In this document: positions 16,867 to 24,477 of the stretch, in pieces
Numbering within the stretch: the stretch's first letter is position 1
Layout: the number at the start of each line of letters is the position of its first letter
IMG/VR virus record: IMGVR_UViG_3300044677_000062
Coordinates: 1-36,024 of that record
Reading direction: 5' to 3' (one strand)
Length of the DNA stretch: 36,024 bases
Source of the DNA: a virus
Taxonomy: Duplodnaviria > Caudoviricetes
Made by a program: the position numbers and the translations under genes
The notes under the pieces: model-generated
Seen by the model: only the letters and a program-made list of their open reading frames with translations
Database searches by the model: none
Told to the model about the DNA's origin: nothing

Positions 16867-17577
16867 ATGACCGTTGAGATACCCAATCCGAAGTTCGCCA
16901 AGGGCGAGCGCGTCAAGCTCTACGGCATTCACCCGGCAGTTGTGATGTCGCGCAGCTACCACGAAGACGACGGCTGGCAATACGCGCTCTCCGCCAACGG
17001 CACCTTCGCCCAAGCCTTCCCCGGCAACCCGTTCCCCCAACGTCAACTGGTGGCCATCGGGGAGCAACCGATGAGACCTGACGGGGCGCACAACTTCACC
17101 ATCAACTCCTCGATCAGTTACCCCCCCAAATGGGCCGGAGACATTCACGGGTGCGATGCCGCCACCAATACGCTCTTGCACGGTGATGAGTGGATAAAGG
17201 ACGGCGAGACGCGCGGCGATCTCAGCCCCACGCTGGTCGCCAGTGCGATCGCGATGGGCGCTAAGGAAATCGCGGTGCCTCCCCACTTCTCTCCCATGCT
17301 CACCTTAATGGCCGAGGCCCCAGCCGGGCACATCATCAATACCGTGCTGACGGCGGGGATCACCACTGGCGAAACCGAGGATCCCGATGAAGCCAAGCGC
17401 ATCGCGGCCGAGAAAGTCGTCACCGCGGCGAGCGCCTTCAAGCTGGCCTCGGATTCGGTTCTGACGGCGCCCCCCGAGGCAGACGCCACCGTTCTTGTGG
17501 AGATGCTGATTGCGACCCGCCGGGAGTGGGACCAGGCCATCGCTGAGGCCGAAGGCTTTTTTCCACGGCCGCGATGA
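16867..17577 (+). CDS. hypothetical protein
   Basis: TAGGCT -10 and SD GAAGGAGG; PKFAKGERV SH3/KOW-like start. Confidence 0.65.
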   Translation: MTVEIPNPKFAKGERVKLYGIHPAVVMSRSYHEDDGWQYALSANGTFAQAFPGNPFPQRQLVAIGEQPMRPDGAHNFTINSSISYPPKWAGDIHGCDAATNTLLHGDEWIKDGETRGDLSPTLVASAIAMGAKEIAVPPHFSPMLTLMAEAPAGHIINTVLTAGITTGETEDPDEAKRIAAEKVVTAASAFKLASDSVLTAPPEADATVLVEMLIATRREWDQAIAEAEGFFPRPR

Positions 17578-17885
17578 CCGACCCAGCCCGAGCCCCGTCT
17601 TCTCCTTCGCCAGGCACCAGCAGACACGGCTCCAGCAACCTGCTTTCCATTCCCTATGTGGCAGATAGCCCCTTCCTCCAGCAGCAGATCGAACAGGGTC
17701 GCCGCTTCAGGGAGATCCAAACCGATTTTCAAGCGGCCTACGCCCCGATCTTCGAGGAAATGAGGCGGATGCTGTTGGACTGGCCGTGGGTGTCCCCGCC
17801 ACCGCCACCGCGCTGGGCGCGAGCGCTCGGCTGGGTGCTCACCGGGTGGATCGTCCTCAGCGCGGTGCTACGCTCTCGCCCATGA
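17574..17885 (+). CDS. hypothetical protein with a C-terminal TM segment
   Basis: ALGWVLTGWIVLSAVL. Confidence 0.5.
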   Translation: MTDPARAPSSPSPGTSRHGSSNLLSIPYVADSPFLQQQIEQGRRFREIQTDFQAAYAPIFEEMRRMLLDWPWVSPPPPPRWARALGWVLTGWIVLSAVLRSRP

Positions 17886-18199
17886 GCTGGTCCCTCACCA
17901 CCGACACCCACGCCGGCCCGGACATCCGCTCCGCCGTCGAGCACATCGAGCCCCAGGACCATGTCTCCGAGGCTCAACTCGCCCAGATCCAGGAGGCCAA
18001 GGAGAAGGCCACCGACCTGATCAATTCCGGCGTCCTCGGCGATGCCAACATCCTCGCCGGCACCGACAACTGCTTCCGGGTGAAGCTCTCCGGCCATGCC
18101 GCCGAGACCCCGGCCCCCGGCGACTTCATCACCGTCCAGGTCGAGGTCATGCCTCCACTAGAGACCGTGGCTCCCGAGGCCGACTCCACCGCCGAATAG
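17882..18199 (+). CDS. hypothetical protein (leaderless)
   Basis: TACGCT 7 nt upstream of the ATG. Confidence 0.6.
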   Translation: MSWSLTTDTHAGPDIRSAVEHIEPQDHVSEAQLAQIQEAKEKATDLINSGVLGDANILAGTDNCFRVKLSGHAAETPAPGDFITVQVEVMPPLETVAPEADSTAE

Positions 18200-18229
18200 C
18201 CGTCCGGCCTCGCGCATACGTTGGCATTC

Positions 18230-19585
18230 GTGGAGTCGCCAACCACCATCTTCTTCTACCTCCTGATGAGGGACCATGTGCCGACCGGGACGGTGGCCTC
18301 TCTGATCGAGAAGGCCACCGCAGAGAGGCCCGCCTCAGCACCCACCCGCTTCACCGCCCCCGAGCTTCAGGCTCTCGCCGAGCGCTATGCGGCCGAACTC
18401 GGGATGCTGGAGTCGGGGGCCGAGGCCGAGGAGGCCGTGCAGCCACCTACTCCCGGCGAAGCGCCGCGTCGCCAAAAAGCTCGGCCGACCTACGACAAGA
18501 TCCTGGCCGCCTTGGGTGATCGTGGGATCCGTGATCGAATCGGCGACACGGCCGGGTGGATGACGGTGGCCCAACTCGTTCAGTTCACCGGAGCCAAGAC
18601 CCAGACGGTGCGCAACCAACTCCAGCTCGCCGTCAAAAAAGGAGACGCTGAGGCGAAAGGCTCGACCAAGAACCGCCGCTATCGCTCTTCCGGCGGCAAC
18701 GAGACTTCGGAGCCGGACCACGACGATGCGGGGGAGGGTGTCAGCCCTGACGATCCCGCAGGCGACACCGAAGAGCGAGACCATGACGGCGACTCGGGGA
18801 AGATCCCATCAGAGCCGGGCCGTGAGGATCATGGGAGCGACGGCGGCGGTCGGGAGTCCGGCTCGGTCGCCCCCGCCGCGCTCCATCCGCGCCCGACGGA
18901 TCTGGTGCTGATGGCCCTGATTGGCGACTTCATCGCCGAGGCCGGCGCCGAGGTCTGGCCGGGCGAGTTGGAGAGCCACTTCCAGATCGATGGCCGCAAG
19001 CGCAAGTCGATGATCGATCTTCTGCTGGCGCGGCATCGGATCGAGGTGCTGGGGGCTGGCCCGAGTACCCGCTACATCAAGCGGGGCCTCACCCCAGATG
19101 ACGCGGCTACGGATGAGGACGCGCCCGAAGGCCGAGGCTTCAATGCGAAGAACCCGGTGGAGCAGACAGGGCCACCAGAGATCACTGACGAACTGATTGC
19201 AAGGTTCAAGAAATGGGCCTCCAGGCAGCGCTCCTTCAAGCGCCGCAATGTCGAAGACGCTTTCCCGGACGAGCCTCTTGGCACCGCAGGCGCCCTCTGC
19301 GCTCGAATGGCCTCCGAGGGATTCCTCGAACGCCGCGACGGTGGCGGGGGCACTGGCGCATCGCACTTTGCCGTCGTCGGCGTTGCGACCGGGCATGAAT
19401 CCGAGGCACCCTTGGAGGGTCAGGTGATGGCCCGACTCCAGGGCGACACCTATGGCTGCGAGGAACTCGCCGGCCACTTCCGCGTCCCCGAAGAGGAGAT
19501 GCGCCAGATCCTCGGCAAGCTCTACCGCGAGGGCATGATTCGCACCGGCCGCTCCAACGGCCAGGTCTCCTACGTGCCGGTATAG
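18230..19585 (+). CDS. multi winged-helix DNA-binding protein (probable leaderless GTG start)
   Basis: Four wHTH-like segments; TACGTT 7 nt before GTG 18230. Confidence 0.65.
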   Translation: MESPTTIFFYLLMRDHVPTGTVASLIEKATAERPASAPTRFTAPELQALAERYAAELGMLESGAEAEEAVQPPTPGEAPRRQKARPTYDKILAALGDRGIRDRIGDTAGWMTVAQLVQFTGAKTQTVRNQLQLAVKKGDAEAKGSTKNRRYRSSGGNETSEPDHDDAGEGVSPDDPAGDTEERDHDGDSGKIPSEPGREDHGSDGGGRESGSVAPAALHPRPTDLVLMALIGDFIAEAGAEVWPGELESHFQIDGRKRKSMIDLLLARHRIEVLGAGPSTRYIKRGLTPDDAATDEDAPEGRGFNAKNPVEQTGPPEITDELIARFKKWASRQRSFKRRNVEDAFPDEPLGTAGALCARMASEGFLERRDGGGGTGASHFAVVGVATGHESEAPLEGQVMARLQGDTYGCEELAGHFRVPEEEMRQILGKLYREGMIRTGRSNGQVSYVPV

Positions 19586-19594
19586 TTTCCGCTT

Positions 19595-19715
19595 GTGCAC
19601 CCTGTTGGAGGGCGACACGGCGCTCCCCCCGACCGCTCTCCCGGTGGCAAAAGGGAGCGCCGAGTCGTTGTAGGGTCGCCCGGCCCCCTGCGGCGAGCAC
19701 CCGCGGGGGGCGTCC
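19595..19715 (+). ncRNA. candidate structured non-coding RNA
   Basis: TATAGT -10 at 19581; nested stems 19599-19676 including a perfect 10-bp cggcgctccc/gggagcgccg; 11-bp hairpin 19683-19711. Confidence 0.4.
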
Positions 19716-19740
19716 ACGCCGTCGCCTATAACCTGACCTC

Positions 19741-20103
19741 GTGCCCGCTCCGCAGCGCTACCTCACCCCACCGGAGCAGATGAGGGTCTTGGCGATCGAG
19801 GCTCGACGGGAAGGCGTCGCCTTCGAGACCTACTGGGAGCGATCAGTCCGGCCGGGCCGCAAGCCCCTGATCACCACCAACACCGAGCACCCGCCGCCAG
19901 AGGCCGTGGTCTGGCCCGCCGATTCCTCCAACAGGGCCATCGCGATTAGCGCGGCGCTGGCGACAAAGGACGGCTGGCGCCGCTGCTACGAGCAGATACC
20001 ACCGACCAAACCCGAACGTTCCCTGAGCACGGTCCGCCATCTTTTCGCCGAGTCCAGCGGGAGCGAAGACCGCAGCGGGCTATCGTTGGCCGCACCGCTA
20101 TGA
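19741..20103 (+). CDS. hypothetical protein (leaderless GTG)
   Basis: TAACCT 6 nt upstream; 120 aa. Confidence 0.6.
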   Translation: MPAPQRYLTPPEQMRVLAIEARREGVAFETYWERSVRPGRKPLITTNTEHPPPEAVVWPADSSNRAIAISAALATKDGWRRCYEQIPPTKPERSLSTVRHLFAESSGSEDRSGLSLAAPL

Positions 20104-20894
20104 GCACCGCGACCTCTTCCTTCTTCCACTCCGCCGCCGCGCTTCAAGAGGTGGAGACCTTCTCGAAGCCAGGGACGGCCGACGTGACGGCGGGCGACCT
20201 GAAGAAGCTCTCGCCGCTGCTCGCCCACTACAAAGGGATGGTGCACCCCTTCACCGAGTGCAAGAAGGATCAGCTCAAACATGGCCTGTCGGAGGAACAT
20301 GCCAACCGGCGCTGCGCCGTGATCAAGGACCTCAACGAAGGCACGACCAAATGGAGGGGCAAGGCCAAAGAGGAAGCCGAGGAGATCCTCGGCGAGGCCC
20401 TGGAACTGCTCCAGGTCGCCGGATCTGAGTTGGGCGGCCCACTCTTCTCGCGTCTGCTCCAGGAGGACGGCCTCATCCACGATGCCGCCGTCCTGGTCGA
20501 GGCGGCGCCGAACTGGATGATCCCCGTCGCCGCCAAAAGTCCCGGCTTCCGGCCGACCAGCCCCGAAAAAAGGACCGGCAGCTCGAACTCGGAATTCAAC
20601 AACAAGCACCCCCGCGGCGCCGGCACCCAGGGTGGCCAGTTCATCAGCAAGGGCACGACCGGCCATGAGGTCACCGCCGTGCAGCAGCGCCTCGGCCTGA
20701 CGCGCACCGGCACCTTCGACGGCCAGACCAAACGTCGGGTCGAACGCTTCCAGAAAAACCACGGCCTCCAAGTAGATGGCGTGGTCGGCCAGCAGACCGT
20801 CGCCGCCTTCCGCGGCACCACCACCGGGGTCGCTCCCGGTGCGCTAGGTAAGAACGACCGGCGCTATCTGCGCCGCTACGCTCGACGGCACTGA
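20100..20894 (+). CDS. putative head-associated protein with a C-terminal peptidoglycan-binding domain
   Basis: GHEVTAVQQRLG...G.FDGQTKRRVERFQKNHGLQVDGVVGQQT (PG_binding_1-like); HPRG...GGQF motif; no catalytic domain seen. Confidence 0.72.
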   Translation: MSTATSSFFHSAAALQEVETFSKPGTADVTAGDLKKLSPLLAHYKGMVHPFTECKKDQLKHGLSEEHANRRCAVIKDLNEGTTKWRGKAKEEAEEILGEALELLQVAGSELGGPLFSRLLQEDGLIHDAAVLVEAAPNWMIPVAAKSPGFRPTSPEKRTGSSNSEFNNKHPRGAGTQGGQFISKGTTGHEVTAVQQRLGLTRTGTFDGQTKRRVERFQKNHGLQVDGVVGQQTVAAFRGTTTGVAPGALGKNDRRYLRRYARRH

Positions 20895-22189
20895 TGTCCA
20901 TCTTCGGCCACCCAGCGGATCCGCCCGACATCAAGGAGGTCGCCCGCGACGCCTTCGGGGATCCGATCCGCGTCACCGAGCAGACGGTCCACGTCTCCTC
21001 GGTCGAGCGCGACAACGGCGTCAAATCGGCTACCTCCCAGTCGATCAGTTCGGCGCTCTACGATCTGGCCGATCGCTCCTCCCTCACCCACACCGTCCGG
21101 CTGCCCCACGGCACCTTCGTGAAGCTCGCCCCCGTGAGCCAGCCCTCGCTCTCCTCCTACCGCTCGAAGTTCGAAATCACCAACGGCGAAGACACGCCAA
21201 AGATCGCCACCGGCACCTCCGCCGCTGCGGACCTCGCCAAGGAAGTGGACATCCTCGCGATGTCGAAGAAGGACAAGGCGACGATTCAGCAGATGAGCGA
21301 GGAGGAGGAGCCGCTCCAGGAGATCGACATCCACATTTCCGGCTATGTCACCAAATCGGGCAAGCACGTCGGCGCGTACTCACAGATCAGGAAGAAGATC
21401 GAGGGGCTCGGCGGAGGCAGTTCACTCCACCTTCCAGACGGCATCACGGTCAGCAAGCGCGGCAAATGGTTCAACGTCGGGATCGGGCACGGATCTGTCG
21501 GAGGCAATCTCGGCTCGGCCGACGCCGCGACGAAGCAGGCCTTGAACCACTCCGCCAGTTCGACGCACCCGAAGTCCATTGGCGGCCGAGTCAGTCATTC
21601 GCCTGAGTCGGGCTTCTTCGGCCCAAAAGAGATCAACGCCATCCCCAACTCCGGCGACAACCCGAAGCTCCCTGGCACGCCGCACCCCCAGGACGTGGCC
21701 CACCGCGCCGCGAAAGCTCGGAAGGAAGCGGTCAAGCGCCTGCCCTCCAGGAAGCAGCGCGCCGAGAACGAGCGGAAAGCCAAGGAACGAGGGGAGCACG
21801 ACGCCGAGATCCAGAAGGAGCGAGACATCCTGATGCGGGCAGGCGACGAGCGCCGGAAGAAGGAGGCGAAGGAACGCCGCGAACGAGACGAATCTCCAAT
21901 GCCCGGCGTCATCCGCAAGCCCTCCGAATCCGACGCGATCCGGGCGAAGGAAGGGGCTTCGGGCGGGAAGGCGACCAGCGCGCGGCCCGGCGGGGTGTCT
22001 GTCCCGGTGCCCGAGGGCGGCGGCGGTCGAACGAACTCCCGACCGGCGAAGAACACGAGCGCGGCCGCCAACATCGACCGCGAGAAGCGCAAGCGCGCGA
22101 AGGCCGTCGCCGGTCATCCGGCTGCGAAGGCTCGGCGCCGGCACAAGGGCCTCGCCGAGTCAGAGCAGTCCAGCCTCCTCGGTCGCTGA
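20894..22189 (+). CDS. basic low-complexity putative internal head protein
   Basis: 431 aa; ISGYVTKSGKHVGAY motif; K/R-rich C-terminus. Confidence 0.6.
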   Translation: MSIFGHPADPPDIKEVARDAFGDPIRVTEQTVHVSSVERDNGVKSATSQSISSALYDLADRSSLTHTVRLPHGTFVKLAPVSQPSLSSYRSKFEITNGEDTPKIATGTSAAADLAKEVDILAMSKKDKATIQQMSEEEEPLQEIDIHISGYVTKSGKHVGAYSQIRKKIEGLGGGSSLHLPDGITVSKRGKWFNVGIGHGSVGGNLGSADAATKQALNHSASSTHPKSIGGRVSHSPESGFFGPKEINAIPNSGDNPKLPGTPHPQDVAHRAAKARKEAVKRLPSRKQRAENERKAKERGEHDAEIQKERDILMRAGDERRKKEAKERRERDESPMPGVIRKPSESDAIRAKEGASGGKATSARPGGVSVPVPEGGGGRTNSRPAKNTSAAANIDREKRKRAKAVAGHPAAKARRRHKGLAESEQSSLLGR

Positions 22190-22219
22190 GCGGTTTCCGA
22201 TTCCGCGCGGCTCTATCCT
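22190..22219 (+). promoter_or_regulatory. promoter-like motif GCGGTTTC-N16-TATCCT, copy 1
   Basis: Intergenic; 9 nt before ATG 22229. Confidence 0.65.
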
Positions 22220-22228
22220 CGCCGAGCG

Positions 22229-23698
22229 ATGGGGAAGAAAACAGAGACCGGGCCGGAGGAGCCCCTCGCCGAGGGCGAAGTGATCAGCGGCGACGACCTC
22301 CGCGCCCCACTCTTCGAGGCAGCCCAGATCGTCGTCCCGAAGAAAGGCAAGCTCTTCGAGGAGAAAATGATCGAGGGCGGCCACACGGTGAAGGTCGCCA
22401 AGTTCGCGATCATCCGCCCATGCCAGTCCCGCGGCCGCAGGATCCGCGGGCACGCCCCGATCTACGAGCCCCGGATGCTGGCCGAGTCCTCCGGCGTCTT
22501 CTCGGGCTGGCCCATGTACATCGACCACATGGACGAGGAGTTGGCCGAGGAAGTGATGGAACTGCTCCAAGAGAAGGGCCGCTCCCTCAACTCGCTCGGC
22601 GGCCGCGTTCTCCGATCCTTCTACGACCCCGACCTCGTCTTCGAGGACGACGCCGAACACGGCTACCGCAAGGGTGGCGTCGTCGGCGAAGTCGTCCCTC
22701 AGAAGAGCATCCGCGAGATGCTCGAAGAGGACCCAGGTTGCCTCAACGTCTCGATCAACGCCTGGCCGAAGTCGGTACGGATCGGCGAGGCTTCGTGGGA
22801 CTCCAGCATCAAAGGCGCCCTGATCGAGGGCATCCGAAACAAGCCGATGGGCAGCGTCGATTTCGTCTTCAAGGGCGGCGCCGGAGGGCGGCCGCTCACC
22901 GAGGAGGAGCGGCGTTCGGCGGTTTCACTTTTGGAGTCTGCTTACACTGCTTCGCGTGATGACGAGCGTCGCAAAAAGGAGCCGGTCGTGAAGAAAAAGC
23001 TTTCCGAGATGTCCGGTGACGAAATCGCCGCGCTGACCGCGACCCAACTCACCGAGGCGCTGGCCGAGGAGAACCCCGACCTCGCCGAGTCGCTCTCCGA
23101 GAAAGAGACGACCCCGGCGAAGCCGAGCGAGACCGGCGGCATCACCGAGGCCCAACTCCAGGAGGCCCTCTCCAGCCAACGTGACGCGATCGTCTCCGAG
23201 TTCAAGCTCGGCGAGGTGGACACGCTGGCCGAGGAAAAGGCCGAGGAGATCGTCGCCGAGCGCGAGGAGTACCGGGAGCTGGCCGGGGTCGCCGAGAAAG
23301 CGGTCTCCGAGTTGGAGCGCAACGGCCTCCCGAAATCCTTCGGCAACGAGATCCGCAAGAACTACCTGCTGACCGCTTCCGGTCCGCGCCCGGGCCTGGA
23401 GGTCCAGGAGCGCGAGACCGACGATGGCACGCTCTCCAAGGCTGCCGTCCTGAAGGAGAACATCAAGGGCGAAGCCGAAACCGCCGTCCAACTCATCGAG
23501 TCGGCGGGCGGCAGTGCCCGCGTCACCGGCCTTGGCCCCTCGGGCGAGGATGCCAACGGTGGCGGCAAGGGCAAGGACGGCAAGAGGGCGGGACTCCGAG
23601 AGGGCAGTGCTTTCACCGACTTCCTCGCGGAGTCCGGCGACCTCACCGGAGACGCCGAGAAGGACCAGACGCATCTCGCCGAGATGCTGGAGAGCTAA
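22229..23698 (+). CDS. prohead protease / scaffolding protein
   Basis: PMYIDH, VSINA, SVDFVFKGGAGG protease-like motifs; acidic coiled-coil C-half; upstream of the capsid gene. Confidence 0.8.
   Translation: MGKKTETGPEEPLAEGEVISGDDLRAPLFEAAQIVVPKKGKLFEEKMIEGGHTVKVAKFAIIRPCQSRGRRIRGHAPIYEPRMLAESSGVFSGWPMYIDHMDEELAEEVMELLQEKGRSLNSLGGRVLRSFYDPDLVFEDDAEHGYRKGGVVGEVVPQKSIREMLEEDPGCLNVSINAWPKSVRIGEASWDSSIKGALIEGIRNKPMGSVDFVFKGGAGGRPLTEEERRSAVSLLESAYTASRDDERRKKEPVVKKKLSEMSGDEIAALTATQLTEALAEENPDLAESLSEKETTPAKPSETGGITEAQLQEALSSQRDAIVSEFKLGEVDTLAEEKAEEIVAEREEYRELAGVAEKAVSELERNGLPKSFGNEIRKNYLLTASGPRPGLEVQERETDDGTLSKAAVLKENIKGEAETAVQLIESAGGSARVTGLGPSGEDANGGGKGKDGKRAGLREGSAFTDFLAESGDLTGDAEKDQTHLAEMLES
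22919..22948 (+). promoter_or_regulatory. promoter-like motif GCGGTTTC-N16-TACACT, intragenic copy 2
   Basis: Same spacing as the other copies; precedes SD AAAAGGAG and in-frame GTG 22988. Confidence 0.55.
22988..23698 (+). CDS. nested in-frame scaffolding protein
   Basis: Own SD and promoter-like motif inside the protease gene. Confidence 0.5.
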   Translation: MKKKLSEMSGDEIAALTATQLTEALAEENPDLAESLSEKETTPAKPSETGGITEAQLQEALSSQRDAIVSEFKLGEVDTLAEEKAEEIVAEREEYRELAGVAEKAVSELERNGLPKSFGNEIRKNYLLTASGPRPGLEVQERETDDGTLSKAAVLKENIKGEAETAVQLIESAGGSARVTGLGPSGEDANGGGKGKDGKRAGLREGSAFTDFLAESGDLTGDAEKDQTHLAEMLES

Positions 23699-23707
23699 GG
23701 AGACCTC

Positions 23708-24460
23708 GTGCCCTACGACGCCCCAGGACAAAGAGTTGAGGTCACCTACGACGGCGGCGCCGATGGCGAAACGCCGATCTTCACGAACCGCTTCGCGGTG
23801 GTGGACAACAAGGTCCTCCTGCTCACCAAGACCGGCCAGCCCGATCGCTTCGTGCGCCCCGACAGCGAAGAAATTTCCCAGATCGCTCCAGGCGAGGTCT
23901 GCACCGGCTTCCAGGGCGGCGTCCACGAGGTCCTTCTTCAGGGCCTCCTGAGCGCGGTGTCGGTGGGCGACAAGCTCTGGATCGACTCCATCAGTAACGC
24001 CATCTTCACGGCGGCCGGCGGCGGCGCGGGCGCTGCCAACGAGGTGCAGTCGGTCAAAGTGGAGGGTTCCGGCGGCTTCTGGAGTCCGAAAGTCCTGGGC
24101 GAAGTCGTCAAACTGAAATGGAACGCGACGAAAGAGGAAGTGCAACTCGCGCTGGAGGCCACCGACGCGATCAACCCCGGCGACGTGGTCGTCACGGGTG
24201 GCCCCGGCAACGTCGGCGGCACGACTCCCTACATCTTCACCTTCGGCGGCCGCTTCGCCGATACGGACGTGGCCGCAATCACCGCCACGGATGAACTGAC
24301 CGGCGGCGAAGAAAAAGTCACGATCACCACCTCCACGCCCGGCGCTGCCAGCGCCGATGCCGTCTTCCCCCTCGGAGTGGTCGATGAGATCGATCCCACG
24401 CGCAATCCTCATGTGGCCCGAGTGAACGCGAACGCCCTCAACGCCTTCATGGCGGTCTAG
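23708..24460 (+). CDS. capsid decoration/cement protein with an inserted beta domain
   Basis: Between scaffold and capsid; VGDKLWI motif; inserted ANEVQSV...WNAT..EVQ.ALEA...V.VTGGPG...YIFTF domain. Confidence 0.6.
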   Translation: MPYDAPGQRVEVTYDGGADGETPIFTNRFAVVDNKVLLLTKTGQPDRFVRPDSEEISQIAPGEVCTGFQGGVHEVLLQGLLSAVSVGDKLWIDSISNAIFTAAGGGAGAANEVQSVKVEGSGGFWSPKVLGEVVKLKWNATKEEVQLALEATDAINPGDVVVTGGPGNVGGTTPYIFTFGGRFADTDVAAITATDELTGGEEKVTITTSTPGAASADAVFPLGVVDEIDPTRNPHVARVNANALNAFMAV

Positions 24461-24477
24461 AAAGGACACTGAGCAAC

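Noticed and set aside
19595-19783. 62-aa ORF as a real protein
   Set aside because: Its composition is atypical, it overlaps the next promoter and gene, and the sequence is better explained by base-pairing.
20100-20894. Endolysin call
   Set aside because: A PG-binding domain is present, but I see no amidase, peptidase or glycosidase motif, and the gene lies in the head module.
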